DNA of 64,000 nt from Bacilli bacterium (GTDB taxonomy: Bacteria; Bacillota_I; Bacilli_A; RFN20; CAG-826): contig JAILIP010000009.1 in NCBI GenBank assembly GCA_024695235.1, forward strand, positions 55,647 through 119,646. Reading direction: 5' to 3'. The notes beneath the pieces are model-generated. The model did no database searches. It worked only from the letters and a program-made list of their open reading frames with translations, and had not been told where the DNA came from. Both the position numbers and the translations under genes were made by a program. This document shows positions 1-9,439 of this stretch, in pieces. The stretch's first letter is position 1. The number at the start of each line of letters is the position of its first letter.

Positions 1-1173
1 AACTTTTGGAACTTCAACAGGTTTAGGTTGCTCAATTGGTTTAACCTCAACTTTTGGTTGTTCAACAACAACTTTCTTTTCCTCAATCGGAGCTGTCTCA
101 TGCATTGTTGTGAGTCTAAGAATGATAACTTCGAACATTGTGCGGATATTTGAAACAGTCTTGTAGTCAATTTGAGCCTTCAAGAACGTTCCAATCATTT
201 CATTTAATGAACGAGTGTCGATTAACTTCGCAAGATCATCCGCCATTTCCTCACTTAAAACTGTGAGTTCGCTTTCATCTTTGGTTTTCTTGATGATGAG
301 AACATCTTTTAAGATTTCAAGTAAATCAGATGTGAGACGTTTAAGGTCAACACCACCTTCATAGAAGGCATTAATTTTCTTTAGACATGTTGCAAGGTCA
401 CCATTATAGATGGCTTTGATGAATGCAACTTTTTCTTCCAAAGAAGTTAAACCGAAAAGTGAATAGACATCTTCCTCTTTAAGTGATGAACCACTATAGG
501 CAAGGATTTGATCAAGAATTGATAAGGCATCTCTCATTCCACCATCAGCTAAAGCAATGACAGCTTTGACTGCATCATCGGTGTATGAGACACCTTCTTT
601 ATTAAGAATATCCACCATTCTTTGATAGATATCTGTATCACTCACTTTAGTGAAATCATATCTTTGACAACGAGAAAGAATCGTTGGAAGGATATTATGT
701 GGTTCAGTTGTAGCAAGGATGAAGATAACATGTGAAGGAGGTTCTTCAAGAGTTTTAAGCAAAGCATTAAAAGCATTTGCAGTCATCATATGAACTTCAT
801 CGATGATATATACTTTGTATCTTCCTTTAATTGGGAGGTAGTTGACTTTGTCAATTAAGTCACGAACCTGTTCGACACCATTATTTGATGCAGCGTCGAT
901 TTCAATTACATCAGGATGTGTACCTTCAATGACTTCTCTACAGTTAGAACATTCATTGCATTGACACCCAATTCCTTTTTCACAGTTAAGCGCTTTTGCA
1001 AATAGCTTTGCCATAGAGGTTTTTCCTGTTCCTCTAGGACCGCAGAAAAGGTAGGCGTGAGCAATCTTATTTGTTGCTAATGCATTCTTTAAAGTTCTAA
1101 CGATATGTTTTTGACCCGCTACTTCTTCAAAAGTTTGAGGGCGATATGTTCTGTATAATGCTTTATATGCCAT
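1..1173 (-). CDS. dnaX: DNA polymerase III subunit gamma/tau, N-terminal part (3' end runs off the left edge of the window)
   Basis: Reverse translation from ATG (CAT at 1171-1173) gives MAYKALYRTYRPQTFEEVAGQKHIVRTLKNALATNKIAHAYLFCGPRGTGKTSMAKLF... It has Walker A GPRGTGKTS, a Cys cluster CEKGIGCQCNECSNC and Walker B IIDEVHM. The distal part is P/K/E/V-rich and is still open at position 1. It is missing from the ORF track because no stop lies inside the window. Confidence 0.9.
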   Translation of the reverse strand, partial: MAYKALYRTYRPQTFEEVAGQKHIVRTLKNALATNKIAHAYLFCGPRGTGKTSMAKLFAKALNCEKGIGCQCNECSNCREVIEGTHPDVIEIDAASNNGVEQVRDLIDKVNYLPIKGRYKVYIIDEVHMMTANAFNALLKTLEEPPSHVIFILATTEPHNILPTILSRCQRYDFTKVSDTDIYQRMVDILNKEGVSYTDDAVKAVIALADGGMRDALSILDQILAYSGSSLKEEDVYSLFGLTSLEEKVAFIKAIYNGDLATCLKKINAFYEGGVDLKRLTSDLLEILKDVLIIKKTKDESELTVLSEEMADDLAKLIDTRSLNEMIGTFLKAQIDYKTVSNIRTMFEVIILRLTTMHETAPIEEKKVVVEQPKVEVKPIEQPKPVEVPKV

Positions 1174-1288
1174 ATTTAATTACCGTTTTTGATTATACTA
1201 TTTTTATGACCTACTTAAAAGAATAAAACACGACTTTTAATAATATTATTAATTTCGTGTTACTCCTCTTTATAGAAACTCAAAAATA

Positions 1289-1297
1289 TGATATAAT
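1289..1297 (+). promoter_or_regulatory. Extended -10 box TGaTATAAT upstream of prfA
   Basis: TG at 1289-1290 and TATAAT at 1292-1297 lie 11 nt before the prfA ATG (1309). No Shine-Dalgarno sequence lies between them, which implies a leader of only a few nucleotides. Confidence 0.4.
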
Positions 1298-1308
1298 TTG
1301 CCTCACTT

Positions 1309-2388
1309 ATGGATGCTAGTATGTTAAAAAGACTTGAAGCCACAAAAGAAAGGCTCCAAGAAATCGATGAAGAATTACTCAAAGAAGATGTCATGAAAGA
1401 CATGAAGAAATTTCGTGATCTTTCTAAAGAAAGAAGTAACCTTGCTCCTATCGTAGATAACTATGAAAAGTATCTTAAGATTACAAGTGATCTAAAAGAT
1501 GCTGAAGTAATGTCTCAAGATTCAGATCCAGAGATATCTCAATTCGGTAAAGACGAACATAAACGTCTTTTGGACGATGAAGAAAAACTTGTTGAAGAAA
1601 CAAAAATCCTTCTTTTGCCAAAAGATCCTAATGATGATAAAAACATCATTGTTGAAATTAGAGGTGCTGTTGGAGGAGATGAAGCAAATATCTTTGCTGG
1701 TGATCTATTCAGAATGTACGTTAGATATGCAGAGCATATGGGATATAAGATTCAAATGATTGATGAATACCCATGTGAAGCAGGAGGATATTCTCTTGTT
1801 TCCTTTATGATTAAAGGAGAAGGCGCATATTCAAGACTCAAATTCGAAAGTGGTTCTCATCGTGTCCAACGTGTTCCGAAGACTGAAGCAAGTGGAAGAA
1901 TCCATACTTCCACCGCCACAGTTCTTGTCATGCCTGAAGTTGAAGAAATAGAAGTTGAAATCAACATGAATGATGTTCAAGTTGATACTTATCACTCTCA
2001 AGGTGCAGGCGGACAAAACGTTAACAAAACAGAATCTGCAGTTAGAATGACTCATATTCCAACTGGTGTTGTTGTCGCATGTCAAACTGAGAAATCTCAA
2101 ATTCAAAATAGAGAAATTTGTCTTCAAATGTTAAGAGCGAAAATCTATGCTATGAGGCAAGAAGAACAAGAAGCAAAAATTGGTAACGAAAGAAGACTTA
2201 AAATCGGTACTGGTGAACGTAGCGAAAAAATAAGAACTTATAACTATCCTCAAAATAGAATTACTGATCACAGAATCGGTTTCACAGTTCAAAAACTTGA
2301 TCGCGTAATGGAAGGTGAATTAGATGAAATTTTAGATGCATTAATTCATTACGATCAAGAGATGAAAATGTTAGGTGAGCAAGAGTAA
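1309..2388 (+). CDS. prfA: Peptide chain release factor 1
   Basis: 359 aa with the GGQ motif ([12 protein letters not shown]) and an RF1-type PxT tripeptide (RVPKTEASGRIHTS). It is followed by prmC, the usual arrangement. Confidence 0.95.
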   Translation: MDASMLKRLEATKERLQEIDEELLKEDVMKDMKKFRDLSKERSNLAPIVDNYEKYLKITSDLKDAEVMSQDSDPEISQFGKDEHKRLLDDEEKLVEETKILLLPKDPNDDKNIIVEIRGAVGGDEANIFAGDLFRMYVRYAEHMGYKIQMIDEYPCEAGGYSLVSFMIKGEGAYSRLKFESGSHRVQRVPKTEASGRIHTSTATVLVMPEVEEIEVEINMNDVQVDTYHSQGAGGQNVNKTESAVRMTHIPTGVVVACQTEKSQIQNREICLQMLRAKIYAMRQEEQEAKIGNERRLKIGTGERSEKIRTYNYPQNRITDHRIGFTVQKLDRVMEGELDEILDALIHYDQEMKMLGEQE

Positions 2389-3245
2389 TGCCAACCTTAA
2401 TTGAAGTATATAAAAAAGCCACAAAAAAGCTTGAAAATATTAAAAGAGACGAAAGCGATATTCGTCTCCTTTTATGTGAAGTAAACCACCTCGAAAATAT
2501 GAGTGAATTTTATCTAAAAAAAGATGAAGAAATTTTAGATTTAGATAGATTCAATTCTCTACTTGAAAGATATCAAAAAAGAGAACCTGTCCAATATATT
2601 ATTGGAAAGTGCGATTTTTTTGGTTCTAAATTCAATGTCGATAGACGTGTCTTAATACCGCGAGTTGAGACCGAAGAAGTTGCCCTTTATGCACTTAGAA
2701 AAATCACCTCAGTTTTTGGCGATAAAAAAATCGTTTTAGCAGATGTTTGTTGTGGTTCTGGCTGCATTGGAATTTCTCTTGCAAAACACACCGAAATTTC
2801 TACCTTATTTTTAAGCGATATTTCGCGTGATGCTTGTGATGTTGCTGCCTCAAATTTAGCTTTCAACGAAATAAGTGGATTTGTACTTAATGGTGATGCT
2901 TTAAAACCTTTAATCAAACATAACATTAAGGTTGATGTTATTGTGGCTAATCCACCATATATTTTAAATAAGAACGATGTTCAAAAATCGGTCCTAGATT
3001 ATGAGCCACATAACGCTCTTTTTACCACCGATAATTTAGATGTTTATCGATCAATAATTATGGATGCACAAAAAGTAATGAACGACAAACTTTTAATGGT
3101 GTTTGAAATTGGATACGACTTAAGAAATAAACTAATTACACTTCTTCAAGAACTCAATATCCCGTGCACATTTACTTTTAGAAAAGATATGAATGGAAAT
3201 GACCGTATCTTTTCCATCCTTTTGGAGCGTACAATAGAAGCATGA
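2388..3245 (+). CDS. prmC: Release-factor glutamine methyltransferase (HemK/PrmC)
   Basis: It has the NPPY catalytic motif (VANPPYI) and a SAM-binding loop (DVCCGSGCIG). The TAATG start overlaps the prfA stop. The gene ends in TGA, overlapping the next ATG. Confidence 0.9.
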   Translation: MPTLIEVYKKATKKLENIKRDESDIRLLLCEVNHLENMSEFYLKKDEEILDLDRFNSLLERYQKREPVQYIIGKCDFFGSKFNVDRRVLIPRVETEEVALYALRKITSVFGDKKIVLADVCCGSGCIGISLAKHTEISTLFLSDISRDACDVAASNLAFNEISGFVLNGDALKPLIKHNIKVDVIVANPPYILNKNDVQKSVLDYEPHNALFTTDNLDVYRSIIMDAQKVMNDKLLMVFEIGYDLRNKLITLLQELNIPCTFTFRKDMNGNDRIFSILLERTIEA

Positions 3246-3847
3246 AAGAGTTTAGAATAGATCAATTATCTCAAGCTGCTAATATCCTTCGAAATGGAGG
3301 ATTAATTGCCTTTCCAACAGAAACAGTTTTTGGCTTAGGTGTTATCTATGATAACAAAGAGTCTTATGATAGACTCATCGATGTTAAAAGAAGACCTCCG
3401 GAAAAGCCATTCACATTAATGTGTTCGTCATCAAGCGATATTGAAAAGTATGCCTATCTAAACGATAAAGCCAAAAAATTAATTGCCGCTTTTGTTCCTG
3501 GTGAATTCACAATCATACTAAAAGCTAAAGAAAATTTACCTTCTTGGTGTGTATCTAAAGAAGGAATGGTTGGCATTAGAGTCCCTAACGACATAAACAT
3601 TCAAAAACTTATTAGTTTAGTCAAAAAACCACTTCTTGTTCCTAGTGCGAATAAATCAGGTGAGCCACCACTAACTAAAGATAAAGATGTATTAAATACA
3701 TTCTCTAACGAAATAGATGGTATAATTCTAGGGGAATCAAAGAGTAATGTTCCATCTACAATCGTTATAGTAAATGATGACGATGTTAGCATTGTTCGTT
3801 TAGGAAAAATATCAAAAGAAGATATTGAAAAAACATTGAAGGAGTAA
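3242..3847 (+). CDS. tsaC: L-threonylcarbamoyladenylate synthase, YrdC/YwlC-type (single domain)
   Basis: 201 aa with a YrdC-like N-terminus (LRNGGLIAFPTETVFGLG) and ...SANKSGEPP... It sits after prfA-prmC, as ywlC does in Bacillota. Confidence 0.8.
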   Translation: MKEFRIDQLSQAANILRNGGLIAFPTETVFGLGVIYDNKESYDRLIDVKRRPPEKPFTLMCSSSSDIEKYAYLNDKAKKLIAAFVPGEFTIILKAKENLPSWCVSKEGMVGIRVPNDINIQKLISLVKKPLLVPSANKSGEPPLTKDKDVLNTFSNEIDGIILGESKSNVPSTIVIVNDDDVSIVRLGKISKEDIEKTLKE

Positions 3848-3852
3848 ACAAT

Positions 3853-4278
3853 ATGAAATTAGCAATTGGAAGCGATCACGCTGGATATAATTACAAACAA
3901 GAAATCATTAAATATCTTTCAAGTAAAGGTCATGAAATGGTTGATTGTGGCACTAATTCACTTGAATCATGTGACTATCCTATTTTTGGTAGAGCAGTTG
4001 CTCAAAAAGTAGCTAACAAAGAAGTTGATTTTGGCATTGTTGTTTGCTCATCTGGTGAAGGAATCATGATGGCCGCTAACAAAGTTAAGGGTGTACGTGC
4101 AGGTCTTGCATATAATGATGATGTCGCACGTCTCATTAGACAACATAACAATGCAAATGTTATTGGCTTCGGTGCTAACTTCATGGAACTCAAAGATGTT
4201 TTAAAAAGAATAGACATATTCCTCTCCACTGACTTCGAAGGTGGACGTCACGAAAGACGTGTTAATGAAATAGAATAA
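3853..4278 (+). CDS. rpiB: Ribose-5-phosphate isomerase B (RpiB/LacAB family)
   Basis: 141 aa, beginning MKLAIGSDHAGY..., with CGTN...C.SGEG and GARFM-like motifs typical of RpiB. Confidence 0.85.
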   Translation: MKLAIGSDHAGYNYKQEIIKYLSSKGHEMVDCGTNSLESCDYPIFGRAVAQKVANKEVDFGIVVCSSGEGIMMAANKVKGVRAGLAYNDDVARLIRQHNNANVIGFGANFMELKDVLKRIDIFLSTDFEGGRHERRVNEIE

Positions 4279-4294
4279 AAATATTTTAAAAATT

Positions 4295-4319
4295 ATGGAA
4301 GCTGTGCTTCCATTTTTTT
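4295..4319 (+). terminator. Intrinsic terminator after rpiB
   Basis: An 8-bp stem ATGGAAGC/GCTTCCAT with loop TGT is followed by T7. Confidence 0.75.
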
Positions 4320-4377
4320 GACCTCTGACACACTTTTTGATTTTTAGACTAGATAAAGGGTAGGAGGATTTTTATGT

Positions 4378-5214
4378 ATGGAGAAAATAAAAGTGAAAGA
4401 GGTAGAAATCTCAATTACAGGGATTGCAGATGACGATTTCATTAATCTTACAGACATTGCAAAGATTGCTAATAGCGAATTCCCGTCATATGTAGTCAAA
4501 AATTGGCTGAGGTTAAGAAGTACAATTGAATTTTTAGGACTTTGGGAAAAAATAACTAATCCCAATTTTAATTTGGTCGAATTCGACCATTTTAAAAATG
4601 AATCTGGCACAAATTCTTTTGTGATGACAGCGACAAAATGGGTGAAGCAAACGAACTCTGTCGGATTCAAAACCTCTCGAGGAAAGTATAGTACAGGTAC
4701 GTATGCACACAAAGATATCGCTTTGGAATTTGCATCGTGGATTTCTCCGGAAGTAAGACTTTACATTATTAAAGAGTTTCAAAGATTGAAAAACAAAGAA
4801 TCTAACCAACTTGAATGGAATGGCAAAAGACTCTTAAGCAAATTGAATTACCTTATGCAAACAGAAGCAATTAAAGAAAAACTGATATTGGTCAACTTAA
4901 CCACAGAGCAAAAAAATTCTATCTATGCATCTGAAGCAGATCTTATAAACGTAGCTCTGTTTGGTACAACGGCTAGTCGATGGAGAGCCATGAACCCAGA
5001 ACGAACAGGCAATATCAGGGACTATATCTCAACAATTGAATTATCTATTTTAAGTAATCTTGAACTAATTAATTCAAAACTAATTGAACAAGGCTATTCT
5101 CAAAAAGAAAGGTTAATGATTCTTAATAGAGAAGCGAATAAAGAAAAAGAATTGTTCAAGAGTAAAAATCCAAAAGAAGTTAAGCTTATAGAAAGTGTTC
5201 AAAAAGGTTTATGA
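4378..5214 (+). CDS. KilA-N domain DNA-binding protein (orphan phage-type gene)
   Basis: The N-terminal approximately 130 aa resemble KilA-N/ORF6N domains (FINLTDIAK..., YAHKDIALEFASWISPEV). The C-terminal half is helical. It is wedged between rpiB and comFA, and its TGA stop overlaps the comFA start. Confidence 0.65.
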   Translation: MEKIKVKEVEISITGIADDDFINLTDIAKIANSEFPSYVVKNWLRLRSTIEFLGLWEKITNPNFNLVEFDHFKNESGTNSFVMTATKWVKQTNSVGFKTSRGKYSTGTYAHKDIALEFASWISPEVRLYIIKEFQRLKNKESNQLEWNGKRLLSKLNYLMQTEAIKEKLILVNLTTEQKNSIYASEADLINVALFGTTASRWRAMNPERTGNIRDYISTIELSILSNLELINSKLIEQGYSQKERLMILNREANKEKELFKSKNPKEVKLIESVQKGL

Positions 5215-6353
5215 CAGGCTATGTTTGTCCAAGATGTGGAAACAACGATATCAAATATATTGGATATAAAAATGGCAAACCATATTGTAGAAAATGCATA
5301 TCCTTAAAAGGAGAAGAGGCAAAGCCTTTTCACTATAGTGGTGCTAAACCAGTTTTACATCTTGATTACTCTTTGTCACCTGAACAAAAGAAAATATCAA
5401 ATCAGGTAATTTTGAATTATGTTCACGGCGTGGACACATTGATAAATGCCGTATGTGGAAGTGGTAAAACTGAGCTCATATACGGAGTGATTCAATATGC
5501 GTTAGTTCAAAAACATCCTGTTGCATTTGCTGTACCAAGAAGAGATGTTGCAATAGAACTTTTCTATAGAATCAAATCTGCTTTTCCAAATAATTCTGTC
5601 ACATGTGTTTATGGTGGACACACATCGAACTTGAATGCTGATATTGTTGTTTTAACTACACATCAACTATATAGATATCAAAATTATTTTAAGTTAATTG
5701 TTTTAGATGAAATTGATGCTTTTCCATATAACGGAAACGAACTTTTAACAGCCATGTTTTTAAGATCTTTGTCAGGTCATTCTGTTTTAATGAGCGCTAC
5801 CCCGTCAAAAGAAATTCTTGAATACTACAAAGGAAAAAACAAAGACATTTTAGAACTAAATACAAGGTTCCACCATCACCCATTGCCAGTACCTAAAATT
5901 GCAATTATGATAGGACCGATAAAACTGATGTATTTGATAAAGAAATTGAAAGAGTTTATCAAAGATAAAAAACCAGTATTTATATTTGCTCCAACAATTG
6001 AAATTGCGGAGTCACTTTTTAAGAAAATAGACCTTGTTTTAAAGGGTGGAAATCTTGTTCATTCTAAGAAAAAAGATAGACCAGAAATAATAGATGATTT
6101 TCGTAAAGGTAAATACTCGTTTTTGGTGACTACCGCTGTGCTTGAACGCGGAGTCACAATTAAAAATCTCCAAGTGATTATCTATGATGCTGATCATGAA
6201 CTATATAACGAATACAATCTTGTCCAAATTGCTGGACGAGTAGGAAGGAAATATGATGCTCCAGAAGGCGAAGTCATTTTTCTTGCGTCTAAAAACACAG
6301 ATGCAATGCAAAAAGCAAAAGACACAATCTTGTCCAAAAACAAATATTTGTAA
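5211..6353 (+). CDS. comFA: ComFA-like competence helicase/translocase
   Basis: It has an N-terminal 4-Cys zinc finger (CPRCG...CRKC), Walker A AVCGSGKTE, Walker B VLDEIDA and helicase C-terminal motifs (TTAVLERGVT, QIAGRVGR). Confidence 0.8.
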   Translation: MTGYVCPRCGNNDIKYIGYKNGKPYCRKCISLKGEEAKPFHYSGAKPVLHLDYSLSPEQKKISNQVILNYVHGVDTLINAVCGSGKTELIYGVIQYALVQKHPVAFAVPRRDVAIELFYRIKSAFPNNSVTCVYGGHTSNLNADIVVLTTHQLYRYQNYFKLIVLDEIDAFPYNGNELLTAMFLRSLSGHSVLMSATPSKEILEYYKGKNKDILELNTRFHHHPLPVPKIAIMIGPIKLMYLIKKLKEFIKDKKPVFIFAPTIEIAESLFKKIDLVLKGGNLVHSKKKDRPEIIDDFRKGKYSFLVTTAVLERGVTIKNLQVIIYDADHELYNEYNLVQIAGRVGRKYDAPEGEVIFLASKNTDAMQKAKDTILSKNKYL

Positions 6354-6957
6354 GATTTGCTTTGAACCAATCGAAGATAGTTCTTTGCACTCAGTTTTGT
6401 TTTCTGATGCATCTATTTGCCACAAGTGTTTCAACAAGTTCAAACCAGTTTTTAACAAATTTGATGTATGTGGAGTGAAAGCGATGAATATCTTTAATTA
6501 CGATGAAGTTGTTAAAGAAAAACTATATCAGTTAAAAGGTTGTTTTGATATTGAACTCGGAAGTGTTTTTCTTGAATACTTTCGACCATATCTAAAACTT
6601 AAATATTTAGGGTATCAAATTGTACCTGCTCCATCACATAAATCTCATGATGAAATTCGTGGCTTCAATCATGTTGAAACCATCTTCTCTTCATTAAAAA
6701 TGAAAATGATTAAATGTATTGAAAAAACAAGTGATGTTAAACAATCAGATTTATCTGCTAAAGAACGTGAAAAAATATCAAAGAATTTAATCATCAAAAA
6801 TGGTGAACAAATAACAGGCAAAAAGATACTTATTGTGGATGATGTTTTCACTACTGGATCCACTGTAAAAGCGATGATAAATTTGATCAAAAAATATCAC
6901 CCAAAAAAGATAAAAATATTACTGCTCAGCAAGACATTTTCTCTTTCTGAAAGGTAA
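6301..6957 (+). CDS. comFC: ComFC-like PRTase-fold competence protein
   Basis: It has N-terminal Cys pairs (CKICF...CHKCF) and a C-terminal phosphoribosyltransferase motif ILIVDDVFTTGST. The start is ambiguous. The ATG at 6301 is chosen, and the ORF is open from 6253 and overlaps the comFA end. Confidence 0.7.
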   Translation: MQCKKQKTQSCPKTNICKICFEPIEDSSLHSVLFSDASICHKCFNKFKPVFNKFDVCGVKAMNIFNYDEVVKEKLYQLKGCFDIELGSVFLEYFRPYLKLKYLGYQIVPAPSHKSHDEIRGFNHVETIFSSLKMKMIKCIEKTSDVKQSDLSAKEREKISKNLIIKNGEQITGKKILIVDDVFTTGSTVKAMINLIKKYHPKKIKILLLSKTFSLSER

Positions 6958-7021
6958 TATTTGTATAAGCATTTACTAAATGCTAAAATATTAAAGTTAC
7001 TGCGCTCAAGGAGTAAAATAT

Positions 7022-9439
7022 ATGGCCAATTTTATTGAAAAACTATTTAGGGTAGATCAACGAGTACTCAACAAATATTCTCGTGAAGCTGACAAAGTTC
7101 TCGCATATGAAGACACTATGCGTGCTTTAAGTGATGATGAACTTCGTGCTAAGACGGCAGAGTTTAAAGAAAGACTCGCTAACGGACAAACTCTTGATGA
7201 TATCAAATATGAAGCAATGGCCGTTGCTCGTGAAGCCGCATGGCGTACTCCTTTGCATCAATTCCCATATAAGGTGCAAGTTATTGGCGCTCTTGTTATG
7301 CATGATGGCGATGTAGCCGAAATGAAAACAGGTGAAGGTAAAACTCTTACTGCCACCATGGCAATTTACCTCAACGCTCTTGCAGGTAAAGGCGCATACG
7401 TTGTTACAGTTAACGAATACCTCGCTGCTCGTGACGCTGAATGGATGGGACAAATCTATCGTTTCTTAGGTTTAACCGTAGGTTGCAACCTTAGAGAACT
7501 CACCACTCAAGAAAAACAACAAGCTCACTTATGCGATATTTGTTACACAACAAACTCCGAACTTGGCTTTGACTATCTACGTGATAACATGGCCAAGTCT
7601 AAAAGTGGACGCGTCCTCCGTGGACTCAATTACGCTGTTATTGATGAAGCTGACTCAATCTTAATTGATGAATCAAGAACCCCTCTTATTATTTCTGGAG
7701 GAGCTAAAGCTACAGCTTCTCAATATACAGTTGCAGACCGCTTTGTTAAAACACTTAAAAAAGATAAAGACTTTGATGTCGATATCAAAGATAGAACTGC
7801 TAGCTTAACTGAAGAAGGTTCATTAAAGGCTGAAAGAATGTTTGGTATTCGTAATCTTTATGATCCAGAACATCAAGATCTTGTTCACCGTATTTATCAA
7901 GCTCTTAAAGCTAACTACATTATGACTAGAGACGTTGAATATATGGTTGACCAAGATCATCAAATTCAATTAATTGACCAATTCACAGGTCGTATCCTTA
8001 AAGGCCGTGAATATTCAGACGGTTTACAACAAGCTATTCAAGCTAAAGAAAACGTCGAAATCAAACAAGAGACAGTTACTCTTGCTACTATTACATATCA
8101 AAACTTCTTCCGTTTGTTTACAAAAATGTCCGGTATGACTGGTACTGCTAAAACAGAAGAAGAAGAATTCCAAAAAATTTACAACATGCGTGTTGTTACA
8201 ATTCCAACCAATAGACCAATTCAAAGAATTGACGCTATTGACTACATCTTCGCTCACAAGCAAGAAAAACTCGCTGCTTTAGTTAAAGAAGTTAAAGAAA
8301 GACACGAAAAAGGACAACCAATTCTTATTGGTACAGTTTCCGTTGAATCTTCTGAAGAAGTTTCTAATCTTCTCACAGCAGAAGGCTTAAAACACGAAGT
8401 GTTGAACGCAAAGAATCACGCTCGTGAAGCTGAGATTATTTCTCACGCAGGTGAAAAAGGCGCTATCACAATCGCTACTAACATGGCTGGTCGTGGTACC
8501 GATATTAAGATTGATGATGAGGTCAAGTCCCTTGGTGGACTCTGTGTCTTTGGCACAGAAAGACATGAATCTCGTCGTATTGATAACCAATTACGTGGTC
8601 GTAGTGGACGTCAAGGTGACCCAGGATTCTCTAGATTCTATATCTCCTTTGATGATGATCTCTTAAAGAGATTCGCTGCTGAAAGTGTTCAAAAGAGAAT
8701 TGAAACATTTGGTGAAGGACCGCTTGAATCAAAACTATTCAGCTCCGTTATAACAAATGCTCAAAAACAAATTGAAGGTCAAAACTTTGATATTCGCAAA
8801 AACTTACTTGATTACGATGATGTTATTTCTCGTCAAAGAAAAGCTATCTATGAGAAACGTGATGCGATCATGTTTGCAGATAGCATTGATGACTTAATTC
8901 AAGAGTTCTTTGCTACAACTGGCTTAGTTCTTGCTCATAAGGCTGTCCCAGAAGAAAGCAAAGATGGACTTATCAGTGGCGAAGCACTTCGCAAGTTACT
9001 TGAACCAAGATATATGCCAGAAGGTTCGTTCAAAGAATCAGCATATGATCTTTCTCCAGCTGAAGAAGCAGGTCAAGATTTAGGCGATATGCTTTACGAT
9101 ATTTACCAAATTCGTCGTAAACAATGGCCTGAAGAAGTCGCTAACCAAGTTGAAAGAGAAATCGCTCTTCAAACGATTGACCAAAACTGGACAAAACAAA
9201 TCGATACAATGGCTAGACTTCGTGAAGGTATTCACCTCCGTAGTTATGGTAACGTTAACCCACTTCAAGACTACGTTAATGAAGGCCAAGCCCTCTTTAG
9301 AGAATGTATTGAAAATATTTCTGTTGAAGCAGCATTTAAATTTTTAAATGTTGTCGTTCAAATTAGAAAACAAGCCGAAGCTCCAAAGGAAGAAACTAAA
9401 GGAGCGGTAGACGTTGAAAGTAAGGACAAAAAGGAATAA
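7022..9439 (+). CDS. secA: Preprotein translocase ATPase SecA
   Basis: 805 aa with MKTGEGKTL (Walker A), VIDEADSILIDE (DEAD box) and TNMAGRGTDI. Confidence 0.97.
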   Translation: MANFIEKLFRVDQRVLNKYSREADKVLAYEDTMRALSDDELRAKTAEFKERLANGQTLDDIKYEAMAVAREAAWRTPLHQFPYKVQVIGALVMHDGDVAEMKTGEGKTLTATMAIYLNALAGKGAYVVTVNEYLAARDAEWMGQIYRFLGLTVGCNLRELTTQEKQQAHLCDICYTTNSELGFDYLRDNMAKSKSGRVLRGLNYAVIDEADSILIDESRTPLIISGGAKATASQYTVADRFVKTLKKDKDFDVDIKDRTASLTEEGSLKAERMFGIRNLYDPEHQDLVHRIYQALKANYIMTRDVEYMVDQDHQIQLIDQFTGRILKGREYSDGLQQAIQAKENVEIKQETVTLATITYQNFFRLFTKMSGMTGTAKTEEEEFQKIYNMRVVTIPTNRPIQRIDAIDYIFAHKQEKLAALVKEVKERHEKGQPILIGTVSVESSEEVSNLLTAEGLKHEVLNAKNHAREAEIISHAGEKGAITIATNMAGRGTDIKIDDEVKSLGGLCVFGTERHESRRIDNQLRGRSGRQGDPGFSRFYISFDDDLLKRFAAESVQKRIETFGEGPLESKLFSSVITNAQKQIEGQNFDIRKNLLDYDDVISRQRKAIYEKRDAIMFADSIDDLIQEFFATTGLVLAHKAVPEESKDGLISGEALRKLLEPRYMPEGSFKESAYDLSPAEEAGQDLGDMLYDIYQIRRKQWPEEVANQVEREIALQTIDQNWTKQIDTMARLREGIHLRSYGNVNPLQDYVNEGQALFRECIENISVEAAFKFLNVVVQIRKQAEAPKEETKGAVDVESKDKKE

